From: an uncultured Candidatus Saccharibacteria bacterium
GTDB lineage: Bacteria; Patescibacteriota; Saccharimonadia; Saccharimonadales; Saccharimonadaceae
Assembly: GCA_946548715.1 (NCBI GenBank)
Contig: CAMNPZ010000002.1
Span: 2,908 to 66,907, forward strand
Length of the DNA: 64,000 nucleotides
Direction of reading: 5' to 3'
Shown: positions 1-11,400 of the stretch, piece by piece
How the letters are laid out: every line of letters begins with the position of its first letter
Numbering within the stretch: the first letter of the stretch is position 1
Translations under genes and position numbers: made by a program
The notes under the pieces: model-generated
What the model saw: only the letters and a program-made list of their open reading frames with translations
Database searches by the model: none
What the model was told of the DNA's origin: nothing

Positions 1-94
1 CCGGCTCTTAAAATCCAGGGCGGAAAGATTACCACAGATTAAAAAACAATTTGAAGAATCGCACGGGAAACAGGGCCAGAATGTAGCTAGTTCC

Positions 95-2191
95 GTGACT
101 GGAGTGGACCAGTTTGAAGCAGCACAAAGCCGGAATTTTAACTCAAATTTCGCGCCTGGAGGTAAGGATGCGAAATTAGTGGGTTCTAAGGGCGCTAACG
201 CTAAAAAGGCCGGAAAGGGGGCGAAAAACGCTTCTAATGGCAAAAAGTCGACCAAGCAGGTGAAGAATTCGGCTAAAACTACCAAAAAACAGGAGGCTGA
301 GCAGCGTAAAGTTAATCTGTCGGTGTCGGCGAAAAAGGGCGATATGGTGCATCATCAGAGAATGCTCTCGCAAGATGTAAATGCGCAGGCGACGCAGCAT
401 ATTATCGGTATACCGGTCAACAAGTCGCGCTATAACGGTTATAACGGCGAGCAGGTAACGAATGCGAAGTTGAAACAGATGCGAACTGATCCAGAAGCGG
501 TGCGAATTATCCCGATTGGGGGTGTGGGGGAATTCGGAATTGGTAAGAATATGACAATTATCGAGTATAAATCGGAGATGATTGTGGTAGATATGGGGGT
601 GTTGTTCGCGGGTGAGGACTATCCTGGGGTGAACTATTTGATTCCAGATATAAAGTACTTAGAGGATAATTTGCCGAAGGTGAAGGCGATTTGTTTTACG
701 CATGCGCATTTGGATCATATTGGGGCGTGTCGGCATTTGTTGCCGAAGTTTTCGCAGCTGACGCCGATTTATGCGACGGACTTTACGATTGGAATGATTA
801 AGAAACAGATGTCGGAGCTGGAAGATGCACCAGAGATGAACTATATTGCAGTGGATCCGTTTAAGCATGAACAGATAAAGGTGTCGGAGCATTTTTCGGT
901 GGAGTTTATTCATACTTTGCACTCGATTCCTGGCAACACGGCGATTGTGGTGCGGACACCGAACGGGGTGATTTACCTATCGGGCGACTGGAGGCACGAA
1001 GAGCGGCCGATGGGGACACAGACGGATTATGAGCGAATTGATGAGATTGTGGCGAAAGAGGGAATTGATTTGATGCTGAACGAGTCAACCAACATCGACT
1101 CACCAGGGCGACATCCGCATTCGGAATACGATGTGGGTGAAAATCTGGGCAAAGTGATGGATCATTATGTGAATGGTCGGGTGATTATTTCGTGTTTCTC
1201 ATCGCAGATTTCGAGGATTGAATTGATACTGAAGGAAGCGGCGGCACGAGGACGCAAGGTAGCTTTCTCTGGATTTTCGATGATTAATAACGTCGAAGTG
1301 GCACTACGTGCGAAGTCGATTAAGGTACCTAAAGATACGATTGTGAAGATGGAAGACATTATTAAGTTACCAGATGAGAAGGTGTGTATCGTGTGCACGG
1401 GGTCGCAAGGAGAATTAAACGCGGTACTGAACCGTATGGTGACTGGGGCGCACAAGTACATTAAGATTAAAGCGTCCGATACGATTGTGTTTTCGTCGAA
1501 TCCAATTCCTGGGAATGAGCCACATGTGGTGAATACGGTTGATGGGCTGTTACGCGAGGGGGCGCAGGTGATTCAAAATGGCAAGACGCATTTGACCAAT
1601 ATTGGGCCTTTGCATTTGTCTGGACATGCTTATTATGAGGATCATGTGGATTTTGTGACGAGACTACATCCGACGAACTATATGCCATACCACGGTGAAT
1701 TCTACATGTTGGAACATAATGCAGAGATGGCGGAAAATGTGATTGGGATTCCAAGGGAGCGGATTTTGATTTCGGATGATGGTGATATTGTGGAGCTAAT
1801 GCCGGATAAGACGATTCGCAAGGCAGGGCGGATTCATGCTGGGAATAAGCTATTTGACGATGCAGACCAGCCTGTACATGAGGCGGTGGTGAAAGACAGG
1901 ATTCATATTTCACGCGAAGGGATCTTTGTGATTGTGCTGACTTTATCGAAAAAGACTGGACACCTGATGAAGACGCCAGATATTGTGTCGCGTGCGTTTA
2001 TTTACTTGGATAATTCGGAAGAGTTAATTGGGAAGATTCGGCATTATTTGCGTCAGAAGACAGATAAGTCGATTGCGACTGACCCAGAAATGAAGGTGTT
2101 AAAGGAAGAAATCAAGGAAGATATTACACATATCTTGTTTGATGCGACTGGACATACGCCGATTGTGATTCCGGTGATTAATAAAGTGTAG
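95..2191 (+). CDS. rnj: Ribonuclease J with a Lys/Asn-rich N-terminal extension; the frame is open back to base 2, so the true start may lie upstream of the window
   Basis: IIPIGGVGEFGIGKNM, THAHLDHIG metallo-beta-lactamase motif, TGSQGE, HLSGHA, PYHGE. Confidence 0.95.
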   Translation: MTGVDQFEAAQSRNFNSNFAPGGKDAKLVGSKGANAKKAGKGAKNASNGKKSTKQVKNSAKTTKKQEAEQRKVNLSVSAKKGDMVHHQRMLSQDVNAQATQHIIGIPVNKSRYNGYNGEQVTNAKLKQMRTDPEAVRIIPIGGVGEFGIGKNMTIIEYKSEMIVVDMGVLFAGEDYPGVNYLIPDIKYLEDNLPKVKAICFTHAHLDHIGACRHLLPKFSQLTPIYATDFTIGMIKKQMSELEDAPEMNYIAVDPFKHEQIKVSEHFSVEFIHTLHSIPGNTAIVVRTPNGVIYLSGDWRHEERPMGTQTDYERIDEIVAKEGIDLMLNESTNIDSPGRHPHSEYDVGENLGKVMDHYVNGRVIISCFSSQISRIELILKEAAARGRKVAFSGFSMINNVEVALRAKSIKVPKDTIVKMEDIIKLPDEKVCIVCTGSQGELNAVLNRMVTGAHKYIKIKASDTIVFSSNPIPGNEPHVVNTVDGLLREGAQVIQNGKTHLTNIGPLHLSGHAYYEDHVDFVTRLHPTNYMPYHGEFYMLEHNAEMAENVIGIPRERILISDDGDIVELMPDKTIRKAGRIHAGNKLFDDADQPVHEAVVKDRIHISREGIFVIVLTLSKKTGHLMKTPDIVSRAFIYLDNSEELIGKIRHYLRQKTDKSIATDPEMKVLKEEIKEDITHILFDATGHTPIVIPVINKV

Positions 2192-2217
2192 TTGCTCCCG
2201 AGTAACTATGACGTGAA

Positions 2218-2243
2218 AAATCCCCACCTTGCGGTGGGGATTT
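2218..2243 (+). terminator. Intrinsic terminator-like hairpin
   Basis: aaatccccacc-ttgc-ggtggggattt downstream of the rnj stop. Confidence 0.75.
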
Positions 2244-2289
2244 GGGTAGGGGGATAGAAACTCGGCGACGAGGGTTGCCGAGCCGTGTC

Positions 2290-2916
2290 TTAGGCTTGAC
2301 AGTAGAAGTCGTCAAGGCGTTTAAAGAAACTGATCTGGCACTGCCTCAGGAAGTTTTCCTCTTCCCATCTGACAGTCTGCGCGATGAAAGTGAGCTGGCT
2401 GAGCCAGTCAAAGATTTTGTCGCGCGGGATTACCTGAAAAATATTGTCGTGGTATTCCTGGCCGTCGTATTTGGGTTTAAGGAAAGTATCCATTTTATAG
2501 TAGTTTGGATATTGTGGCATGTCAAAAATCAGGGCATGTGTGGCATATTTGGGCTCTGTCAGCTGGAAATATGGTCCATCTGCGACATAGTAACGTCCAA
2601 GTGCGATACGAATACTGCTGTTCTTGGGAATGCGCGGCAAGCGGTAGCTAACCGTCATCATGTCGAAATAGCGCAATTCGGAGCTTGGTGCTAAATGAAA
2701 AGCGCGATTTGCGGTATCGCTTGCTACCTCGGTGTAGTATGTGTTTTTATCGATGACAAGACACAGTCCGCTAGGTCGACTGCGGAAATAGATGCAATCA
2801 CCGTCTTCGGTGAAGCAATTGTTGGGTTTGTCGGTTTTCTTCAAATACTCCATGAGCGTCATTCTTCTCTTTTTCGTTTCCATAACCATCCTCCATATTA
2901 TTAATGTGCAACACAA
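2290..2916 (-). CDS. Hypothetical protein (start probably at a downstream Met, MVMETKK)
   Basis: 208-codon ORF with protein-like composition filling the gap between rnj and the next operon; no motif recognised. Confidence 0.55.
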   Translation of the reverse strand: MCCTLIIWRMVMETKKRRMTLMEYLKKTDKPNNCFTEDGDCIYFRSRPSGLCLVIDKNTYYTEVASDTANRAFHLAPSSELRYFDMMTVSYRLPRIPKNSSIRIALGRYYVADGPYFQLTEPKYATHALIFDMPQYPNYYKMDTFLKPKYDGQEYHDNIFQVIPRDKIFDWLSQLTFIAQTVRWEEENFLRQCQISFFKRLDDFYCQA

Positions 2917-3048
2917 AGGTACGTCCTATAATTGTAGCATAAAACGAAATAATTGTCAACTATGTAGTGGAGAGGCGTTGTGTAATAAATAATATGTTTA
3001 CAAAGAAAATGAAAACCATTATAATTAGAGCATAAGGAGTATGGATTT

Positions 3049-6000
3049 ATGTTAAAAATGCGGCAAGGGGGAAATAAAAATAGAAGCTTAAAATGGGGCG
3101 GGGTTTTGTTGGCTTTAATGATGATGCTGGGGTCGACGGTTGGACTCTGGGGGTCGAAATCGACAGGGGCTTTGCCTGGGGATCCGACGAACTGGATTGC
3201 GGAAGGTGCGGATGGTCTAACTTTGACAGTAGTGTCTGTACAACAAAATGAAGTTGAACTTGTGCCAGTGTGGGATGATTATTTGTTTAATGAAGACACG
3301 TATGATTTTGGGAATTATTATTTTAATGTAGCCAATACTGGTGATACGGTTAGGCTTGGCGTGATGGTCGACGGCATGCAAGATGGCAAATCTTATATAG
3401 TCTTTGACGAAACGGAGCTAACTTCGGCAGACAATGGACGTGTTCTTTATGAAGATGTGAAGCCGCATACGTATACCTGGAATATGAGTGATGGCATAGA
3501 ATGCTATCACAATCAAGATGAACCTTGGTGTAGTTATACATACTTAACGAATGAGTATGTGATTGATGCAACTCTTCGTGAAAGTAATTGGAATAATAGC
3601 GTTGGAAAAAACATAATAGTTCGACCAGATAAGGTCGGCAGTAGCGATATTGAGATAGTCTCCGTACAGCAAGATGGTGTGGATGTAGTGCTAGATAAGG
3701 TGGGGAGACATGTGAATACTATCGAGGGGCTACAAACTATTCCACAAACACTTAATGAATACACGATAAATGATTACAATATTCCGATTGAAGTAACTGT
3801 TAAGTTTAAAAACTTGGAAGTGGGGAAACATTATCCATACGGTATAGGTGAGGGGAATTACGGTGCATTTACGGCTAGTTCCACTGAGGAAACCATCACG
3901 AGTGAATTGCAACTGAACTATCTTGAAAAGCACGTTAATGCATCGATTTATTTGTATAGCTCTGACTACGTGGATAACAAAAGTGTGACAATGTATTTCA
4001 GGGTGGCGGATGCGAATTTTCATCCACTAGGCGATATTGTAATTGACGCTATTAGCCAGGGTGGAACGCAAATCGAGCCATCATATAGTTATAATTACGG
4101 GTCGCGAGAATATACTTTTGAAGCAAATGATGTCCAGCCGATTGACATAGCACTACATGCGACGTCGGCAGCTGCTGGAATGAATTATTATTTCTCATAC
4201 ACGATGAATGGGGACGCTTGGGTTAGTTCTGATGAACCTATTGCGATAAGCGGAGATGAACTTAATAGGGGCGCGGTTCTTACAATCCCGGCTGGGTATG
4301 GGCTAGGTGAGAGTTCGGCACTTTATTTGAATTTTTCCATAAACACGACTGGGGCGGGCTATGGCTATGGTTCGCAACTCTTTATATATCAGAACTACGG
4401 AGAGGAACGTAGGAGTGATAGTCTCTTTATAGATTATTATGAAGATGAAGAATTGCCACGCTATGATGCAAGCATTGGCTATACGATTAATGGCGAGGAA
4501 GTATCTGACGTAATTAACGCTAAATACCATGATGAGGACAATCCATTATGGATTAGGGCAACTGGAGCGAGATATGATGATGTGACGGTTTATGATGTAC
4601 GTGCAAAAGTAGCTACTGGCAATGATGATATATATAATGCTACTTTTACAGCAACCGGTGCAGAGTTAAACGAAGGTAAGACCTTCGTGTTGAACGGCCT
4701 GGTGCTGAGTTTGCCGGAATTTGATCCGAGTGGGAGCACTTCGGGTTATGAAAAGTCTTATGATTTTAGTTTAGAGATTAACGGGTTGGAGCGAAAAGGT
4801 ACTTTGTATTACATGCACAATGGGTATCTTTATACAGTGATGACTTATGCTGGTGGTAGCGTCAGTGCATCAGATGGCGGTAATGGTATGGGTGGCGCAA
4901 TGTATATGACGAGTTCTTATCGGGTTGTGAGAAAGTCGTCGCTCGACGGAAGTCGAAATGCGGTGCTGCATTATCGTGGCGGTGGCTTTGATGAAGACTT
5001 GAGTTATAATTTTGCATTGTACTACAACAGTAATGCGGGTGACTCGTGGTGGTCAGCTCCGGCAGGGACGAAAATCGAAGAAGGTGTGATGCCGGGAAGT
5101 TCGTTAAATAGAGATGGACTTTCGGTTAATGTGAGAGTTCCAGATGATGCGTCAGAAAGCTCGATGTATAGTTTGGTTATTACCAGAAACGGTGGTCTCG
5201 TAATAGTGTCAAAAGATTTCTTACAATTTACGGACGCGCCGCAGTTGGAAGCATTTAAATTCCATGCCGATAGCGATTCATTTATGCAGACTAGCAGCGC
5301 ATCATACCGTTTAGCAAGAGGTGTCAATGCAACAGCAACTTTGATTGGCGCTGGGTTTGAGGAAAACAAACAATATAAAGTATGGGTGAGCTACGAAGGT
5401 TATCATGAAGAAGACGATGGAGAAGACGGTGGTCGCTCAGAAGATATAGATTTGAGCGAGCTCGATGATATGGTAGTCGTGACTGGTGCAGAGCTTAATG
5501 CGGGGTATGACTATGCACTTAATTATGACGAAGCGATAGATGATGCGACTCAAGCGACTATAATGTTTGATATAACCGATATAGATAATGATAGACCAAA
5601 TCATTACGCTGGAAATGAAGAAGGCTTATACTCTGGTCATTCGATTTATATAGAATATGTAAGTGAGGATGATGTTTTCAATAGTGAAGGTGGTTTTCAG
5701 ATTGATGAAGAAACGAGCGAAATAATAGACGTGTCACAGCCGGACGATTCTAGCGAAATAAGAATAGATAACAGAACTGCCGGTGAAGCTGAGGTGCATG
5801 TAGAAGGTGAAGTTTTGACGTTGGTTGCGCAGAGGGCATGCGTAGTGATTGGTTTGAGGGGAGATGAATACTCTAAGGTGAATTATGCGACAACGCGAGA
5901 TGATGATGGCGTAAGGACTAATACGTATAATGTGGGTGATTACGATGAGGTTCTTGTAGCATTGAAAGGTGATTTGGATATGCGTGGAGCATTAAACGCA

Positions 6001-6189
6001 AGGGATTCAGCAAAGATAAAATACTATGTGCTGTCGAGTGATAATCCGAATCACTTAGATTTGTCTGCATTAGAATTATTGATTGCAGACGTGAATAATA
6101 GTGGGACGGTGACGGCAAGAGACGCTGCGTTAGTTGATTATTCAATATTATCTATCGATAATCCGAACCATAGAGCTTTAGAGTGGTGA
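3049..6189 (+). CDS. Large secreted acidic beta-rich protein with C-terminal X-module plus type-I-like dockerin
   Basis: N-terminal signal peptide; C-terminal duplicated Ca-loop/helix GDLDMRGALNARDSAKIKYYVL...ADVNNSGTVTARDAALVDYSIL (about 5968-6186). Confidence 0.85.
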   Translation: MLKMRQGGNKNRSLKWGGVLLALMMMLGSTVGLWGSKSTGALPGDPTNWIAEGADGLTLTVVSVQQNEVELVPVWDDYLFNEDTYDFGNYYFNVANTGDTVRLGVMVDGMQDGKSYIVFDETELTSADNGRVLYEDVKPHTYTWNMSDGIECYHNQDEPWCSYTYLTNEYVIDATLRESNWNNSVGKNIIVRPDKVGSSDIEIVSVQQDGVDVVLDKVGRHVNTIEGLQTIPQTLNEYTINDYNIPIEVTVKFKNLEVGKHYPYGIGEGNYGAFTASSTEETITSELQLNYLEKHVNASIYLYSSDYVDNKSVTMYFRVADANFHPLGDIVIDAISQGGTQIEPSYSYNYGSREYTFEANDVQPIDIALHATSAAAGMNYYFSYTMNGDAWVSSDEPIAISGDELNRGAVLTIPAGYGLGESSALYLNFSINTTGAGYGYGSQLFIYQNYGEERRSDSLFIDYYEDEELPRYDASIGYTINGEEVSDVINAKYHDEDNPLWIRATGARYDDVTVYDVRAKVATGNDDIYNATFTATGAELNEGKTFVLNGLVLSLPEFDPSGSTSGYEKSYDFSLEINGLERKGTLYYMHNGYLYTVMTYAGGSVSASDGGNGMGGAMYMTSSYRVVRKSSLDGSRNAVLHYRGGGFDEDLSYNFALYYNSNAGDSWWSAPAGTKIEEGVMPGSSLNRDGLSVNVRVPDDASESSMYSLVITRNGGLVIVSKDFLQFTDAPQLEAFKFHADSDSFMQTSSASYRLARGVNATATLIGAGFEENKQYKVWVSYEGYHEEDDGEDGGRSEDIDLSELDDMVVVTGAELNAGYDYALNYDEAIDDATQATIMFDITDIDNDRPNHYAGNEEGLYSGHSIYIEYVSEDDVFNSEGGFQIDEETSEIIDVSQPDDSSEIRIDNRTAGEAEVHVEGEVLTLVAQRACVVIGLRGDEYSKVNYATTRDDDGVRTNTYNVGDYDEVLVALKGDLDMRGALNARDSAKIKYYVLSSDNPNHLDLSALELLIADVNNSGTVTARDAALVDYSILSIDNPNHRALEW

Positions 6190-6204
6190 TGATGAAGTTG
6201 CGAT

Positions 6205-8328
6205 ATGAATAAGAGTGCTTTCGGAAAAACAATTGGATTGATAAGTTGTGGCATTTTAGTACTTTGTGCACTTAGTGGTGCGTGGTGGTTGATGTGTAGA
6301 GATGAGAAGGTGGCTGGTGATGATTTGATTAATGTCGCAGAGCTTTCGGATGAGTTTATGGAAGAGTATTATGATGCGTATACGGAGATGATGGCTAATG
6401 GCAAGCATGATAATGTGCTGATTGTGATTAGCCATGGTGAGCCAGATGGACATGGTGCGAAGGAAATAGTGGAAGGACCTAATCATACGTATTATTTAAT
6501 GTATGATACATCCGAGATGAAAGAGTTGGCTTACGAGGCATTGGCAAAAGATAATGTGGTGAGTGTAGAGAAGAATGAAAAGATGGAACTCGCTAGTTTT
6601 AATTCTTGGGGAATTGAGACGATGGGGATAGATAAAGGTTTGCAAATGATGGGTGGTAATGGCAATGATGTGCGAGTTGCTATTATAGATACGGGATTGG
6701 ATGTAGGCAGGTTTCAGGAGAGTTATCCATCTAAAGAACTTACGGTGTATGATGTAGAATCTGATTCATATAGCTTGGAGGCTATGAAGGATACAGTTGG
6801 GCATGGTACACATATTGCTGGTACGATTGCCGAGGGGACATCGGAGCAGACCAGTATAATGGCGATTCGGACAGTTAGAGATAAGGAAGATGTTTACGTG
6901 TCGGATGTCAATACGGCAATTTATAAAGCGATTGATTCAGATGCTGATGTGATTAATTTGAGTTTGGGTGGGTCAAGTTATTCTACGAGCCAGAAATTAG
7001 CGTTAGATGCGGCTAGTGCAGAAAACATTATAGTGGTAGCTGCGGCAGGAAATGCCAATAGTTCGGACATTATGTATCCGGCAGGCTATGACAATACGAT
7101 ATCGGTAGCAGCATTAGATCAACGTTTAGAAAGAGCAGTTTGGGATGAGTCGGAGAGTTTGGGGTCGAATTTCAATGCAATGATAGATTATGCAGCACCT
7201 GGGACTAACATAAGAAGCATTAATGGAATTGCGAGCGGTACGTCGGTGGCGACACCACATGTGGTGATGGCAGTGGCATTATTGAAGAATTACAACAAAG
7301 ATTTAAATTTAAGTGAGGTGAATGCTTTGCTTAGAAATCATGTGGTGGATTTAGGCGAGGAAGGTAAAGATGATTATTATGGCTATGGAATGATTGATTT
7401 AAATGATGCTGAATTCTGCAACAATTCGTATTGCGATGAATATGGCGTATTTGCTACGGATGCGATTTCAGCGGTACCTAGTTTCGAAATAGATAATCGG
7501 ACGAATGGTGTAGCCGAAGTGATGGCATTCGAGGATGGGATTAAAGTAACGGCTAAAGAGGCCTGTACGGTGATTGTTAGTAGCAACGATGGTGAGACAT
7601 TTTCAAAGGCAGTTGCGATGGCTGTAGAAGGAGAGGAAAACACATATAAGTTTACTTTTGATGTCGTAGATAGCACGAAAGCAACGGTGGTGTTAAAAGG
7701 CGATTTAGACATGAGGGGAACAGTGAATGCGAGAGATTCTGCTAAGGTTAAATATTATTTATTATCAAGTGAAAATATAAGCTTTAGTGATTTAAGTGCT
7801 TTAGAGTTATTAATTGCGGATATAAATAATAATGGGTCAGTCACGGCGCGAGATGCAGCATTGATTGATTATTCATTATTATCCGATAATAATCCGAACT
7901 ACAAGGCTTTAGATTGGGATACGTCTACTGGCTCTCAGGGGGCTGTTGGACGTCAAAATGTAAGGGTCATAGCTTATAATTTTTATAGTTCTACTCCAAT
8001 TGGAAATCCTGGCGTTAGAGGTCAATGTACTTGGTACGCCTGGTATTGGCGTGCTACGGATCCGTTATCGCTTGGTGTGCTTGGTGGGGAGGGGCGTAAT
8101 GCAAAAACTTGGCATTTTAATTATGCTTATCGTGGAGTGGGTAAGACGCCTGTTGTCGGAGCCGTATTTCAATCTGCTGAAGGTTTTTATGGGCATGTTG
8201 GGGTCGTCACTGGCATTAACGAGGATGGGTCAATAGTAATTAGAGAAATGAATTATTTTGGTCCTGGTATTATTAGTGAGGCAATAATTCCGGCAGAAAT
8301 GGTTGAAAGTTTTAATTATATTTATTAA
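6205..8328 (+). CDS. Secreted S8 subtilisin-like protease + X-module + dockerin + C-terminal CHAP amidase/peptidase
   Basis: Triad motifs IIDTG, GHGTHIAG, SGTSVATPHV; dockerin GDLDMRGTVNARDSAKVK...ADINNNGSVTARDAALID (about 7699-7917); CHAP GQCTWY...GHVGVV...REMNY. Confidence 0.9.
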   Translation: MNKSAFGKTIGLISCGILVLCALSGAWWLMCRDEKVAGDDLINVAELSDEFMEEYYDAYTEMMANGKHDNVLIVISHGEPDGHGAKEIVEGPNHTYYLMYDTSEMKELAYEALAKDNVVSVEKNEKMELASFNSWGIETMGIDKGLQMMGGNGNDVRVAIIDTGLDVGRFQESYPSKELTVYDVESDSYSLEAMKDTVGHGTHIAGTIAEGTSEQTSIMAIRTVRDKEDVYVSDVNTAIYKAIDSDADVINLSLGGSSYSTSQKLALDAASAENIIVVAAAGNANSSDIMYPAGYDNTISVAALDQRLERAVWDESESLGSNFNAMIDYAAPGTNIRSINGIASGTSVATPHVVMAVALLKNYNKDLNLSEVNALLRNHVVDLGEEGKDDYYGYGMIDLNDAEFCNNSYCDEYGVFATDAISAVPSFEIDNRTNGVAEVMAFEDGIKVTAKEACTVIVSSNDGETFSKAVAMAVEGEENTYKFTFDVVDSTKATVVLKGDLDMRGTVNARDSAKVKYYLLSSENISFSDLSALELLIADINNNGSVTARDAALIDYSLLSDNNPNYKALDWDTSTGSQGAVGRQNVRVIAYNFYSSTPIGNPGVRGQCTWYAWYWRATDPLSLGVLGGEGRNAKTWHFNYAYRGVGKTPVVGAVFQSAEGFYGHVGVVTGINEDGSIVIREMNYFGPGIISEAIIPAEMVESFNYIY

Positions 8329-8416
8329 TTATGCATAATTATTATGTTAAAAATGGTAATGGTGTGATATTATTATAATAGTAAAGGTAAAATATGTACT
8401 TATCAAAGGAGCACAA

Positions 8417-11400
8417 ATGATAACTAGACATAAAATTTATAGTAGAGTTGTGATTGCGGCCGTCGTTTTGATGGTTGGCTGTTTTTCAATAACTGGTATT
8501 ATGAGAGCATTTGCTACGACATCTACGATGTTGTCTTTTTCGACTTCTGGCGAAGTGGAGCTTGACGGGACTTCTGGTGCCCAAGTGACTGTGAATCTGA
8601 CTGCAGCTCAATCTGGAAAATTGTATGCGGCACAGGGCGCATTTTCGACGACTGAGATTGATGATTCGAATCATTATTTTGCCATAGATTCTCTTAACGT
8701 AGGCAATGCGATAAATGGTTATAGTCAGGATAATAGTTCAACTACCGGGCAGTTTTATTATGTATATTCAACTGCTGCGAATGGTGTAGAATTCAGTGTA
8801 GGTGATCACCTTTACGAAATGGTTTACAATGTAAGCGCTGATACTCCAGCTGGGACTTATCATTTGCCAATAAACATAGAATATGTACAGCAGACGAGCA
8901 TTGACGATTATGAAGAAGGGGTAGTAGTAGATGCAACGGTGACGGTGACTCGGAATGATGCTCCGGCTGAGAAGGGTACGCCAGTAGTGACTTTCCGTGA
9001 TGGTCAAGGTAATCCAATTACTGATACTATTGTGAAGTATTATGGTGATGATAGGTTTACTGTGACAAAAGAGGTGACGACTGGTGATGGTGCAATTGTG
9101 GATTATCATCCAGCAGATGATGGATCTGGTACGGTAGCACGTACGATACCTGATTCGGATTTAGTTGAGGTGGGTGAGCCTGGTTTTGTACAGATTTGTG
9201 CAAGGGTGGAAGAAACGGATAATTATGTGGAAGCGACATTTTGTTATCAAGTTCGAGTCGAAAAACGAACGATAGGGGTTGATAGTGCGGTGATTATGGA
9301 TAAGGCTTTTGACGGAACGACTGAAGCGACGGTGTCGTCGGTGACATTTTCTAATCCTGGGAATGGAGTTGCACCTACATATACGGCGATGGGTACATTT
9401 GGGACTGCGGACGCAGGAGTTGATAAGGCGATTCGCGTAAGTGCTACTTTGACCGGTGATGCGGTGAATCGCTATACACTCAGCCCAGATTATCTTGATA
9501 CGACTAAGACGATTTCGCCATTTATGTTGACGATGGAGAATGCAGAGTTATTGGGTGGTAATACATACGCTTATGAGCCAAGTGGCGTTGAGCCAGAAGT
9601 AAGAATTACGGCAAACATACATGGTGGGGTATCGACCTTGGTTAAAGGAGAAGATTTCAATGTATCCTATAGTGATAATCAAGCGGTCGGTACTGGACAC
9701 GTTGCGATTACTGGCGCAGGTAACTTTACTACTGGTGAAAACCCATTAATTCTCGACTTTACCATTACTAAAAAAGGAATTAATAATTCTAATCTAACAG
9801 TCCCTTCTTCGCTAGTTGAAGGTCGTATCTTAACTCCAAATGATGTAAGTGTAAATGTGGACGGTCAAAATCTAGTACGCTGCGAAAGTGCCGGCGATAC
9901 TAACTGTGATTATGTGCTTGAGATTTCCGGTGAAAATGATGGCATAGTTGGTCATACTGTCCATGTTGCTGTGAATGCTTGTAATAATTATGATGGTGTC
10001 GCGGTTGCTGATATAGATATTGTCGCAAAGCAAGAACAAACCGTAACCATCGCAGACGTAACCAATACGACCGTCAGTAAGACATATGGTGATGCTGATT
10101 TTACCTATACTGCTACTTCCGATGGTGACGGTGGGCTCTCTTACAGCTCGACCAATGAAGCCGTAGCGACTGTTGACGATAGTGGTAAAGTAACCGTAGT
10201 AGGTGTTGGTGATGCTGATATCGTCGCGACAGCGGCGGAAACAGATACTTATGCGGAAGGTTCGGCTAAGTATACGGTGAGTGTAGCAAAGAAGGTGATT
10301 ACTGTTACTGATGCAACTGTGTCGAATAAGGTCTACGATGGAACTCCAGTTGCGACAGTGATGAATGTTGCTTTGAGCGAAAGCTCACTTGTCTATAATA
10401 CGGACTATACTGCAACTGCTTTGTTTAATGACGTAGATGTTGCCATACGTAGTGTTGAGGTCATGGTGGCTTTGACTGATGATAATTTTGCGAATTATTG
10501 TTTCATGCATGAATCTAGTTGTGTTAAGAATGCTTCTTATTCTGCAACTGCGGCCATCACACCGTTTACGCTTGGTGGTGATAATGCAACGGCGGATTTG
10601 ACTTTGAACCCATACGTATATAATGGTTCAGAGATAACTCCTGAAGCAATTGTGAAGGTGGATCTTGATGGGGATGGAATTAAAGAAATTACTTTGACGG
10701 CCGGAACTGATTATGAGATGAGCTACGAAAATAATGTTAATAGAGGAACGGGAAGCGCAACAGTGTCGGGGAAAGGAAACTATGCTGGTAGTTTGACTGG
10801 GCTCACTTTCGAGATTATACCAGCTCCGGTAGATAATGTAGTGGTCACTGCACCGGCGCAGGATTACACTGGTGAAGCTTTGGAGCCGGTACCGGTAGTA
10901 ACTGGCGAGGTTGCTGGTTCAAGTATGACGTTTAATGCTGGTGAATATTATGTGATTTCTCATGATGATTTTAAGAATGCGGGTAATTATACATTTAGCG
11001 TAAAGTCAGTAGACGGTGGTAATTATTACTTTGATAGTACGGATGGTAGCTTTACGATTAACAAGGTTGCGTCTGGTAATCCTGCGGAAATGACGGCTGG
11101 GCTAAAAATTGCTGCTGGTTGTACCTTGACTGAGCTAGGTGAGAGAACGGTTGGGTTTGCCTGGACGAATCCTGATACGGTAGTGGGTGCTGGGGAGCAG
11201 ACTTTCCCTGCTGCGTATCTCCAAAATGATGAATCGACAAATTACACTCCGATTACAGTTGATGTACCTGTGTACGGGCTGAAGAGATTATCGGTTGTGA
11301 CGGTAATAATGGGAGAAGGTGGCGAAGTGACTAACCCTGGGGATTTGGCGGTCGAAGAAGACGAGCTAACTTGGACGATTAGTCCGGATGAGGGATATGA

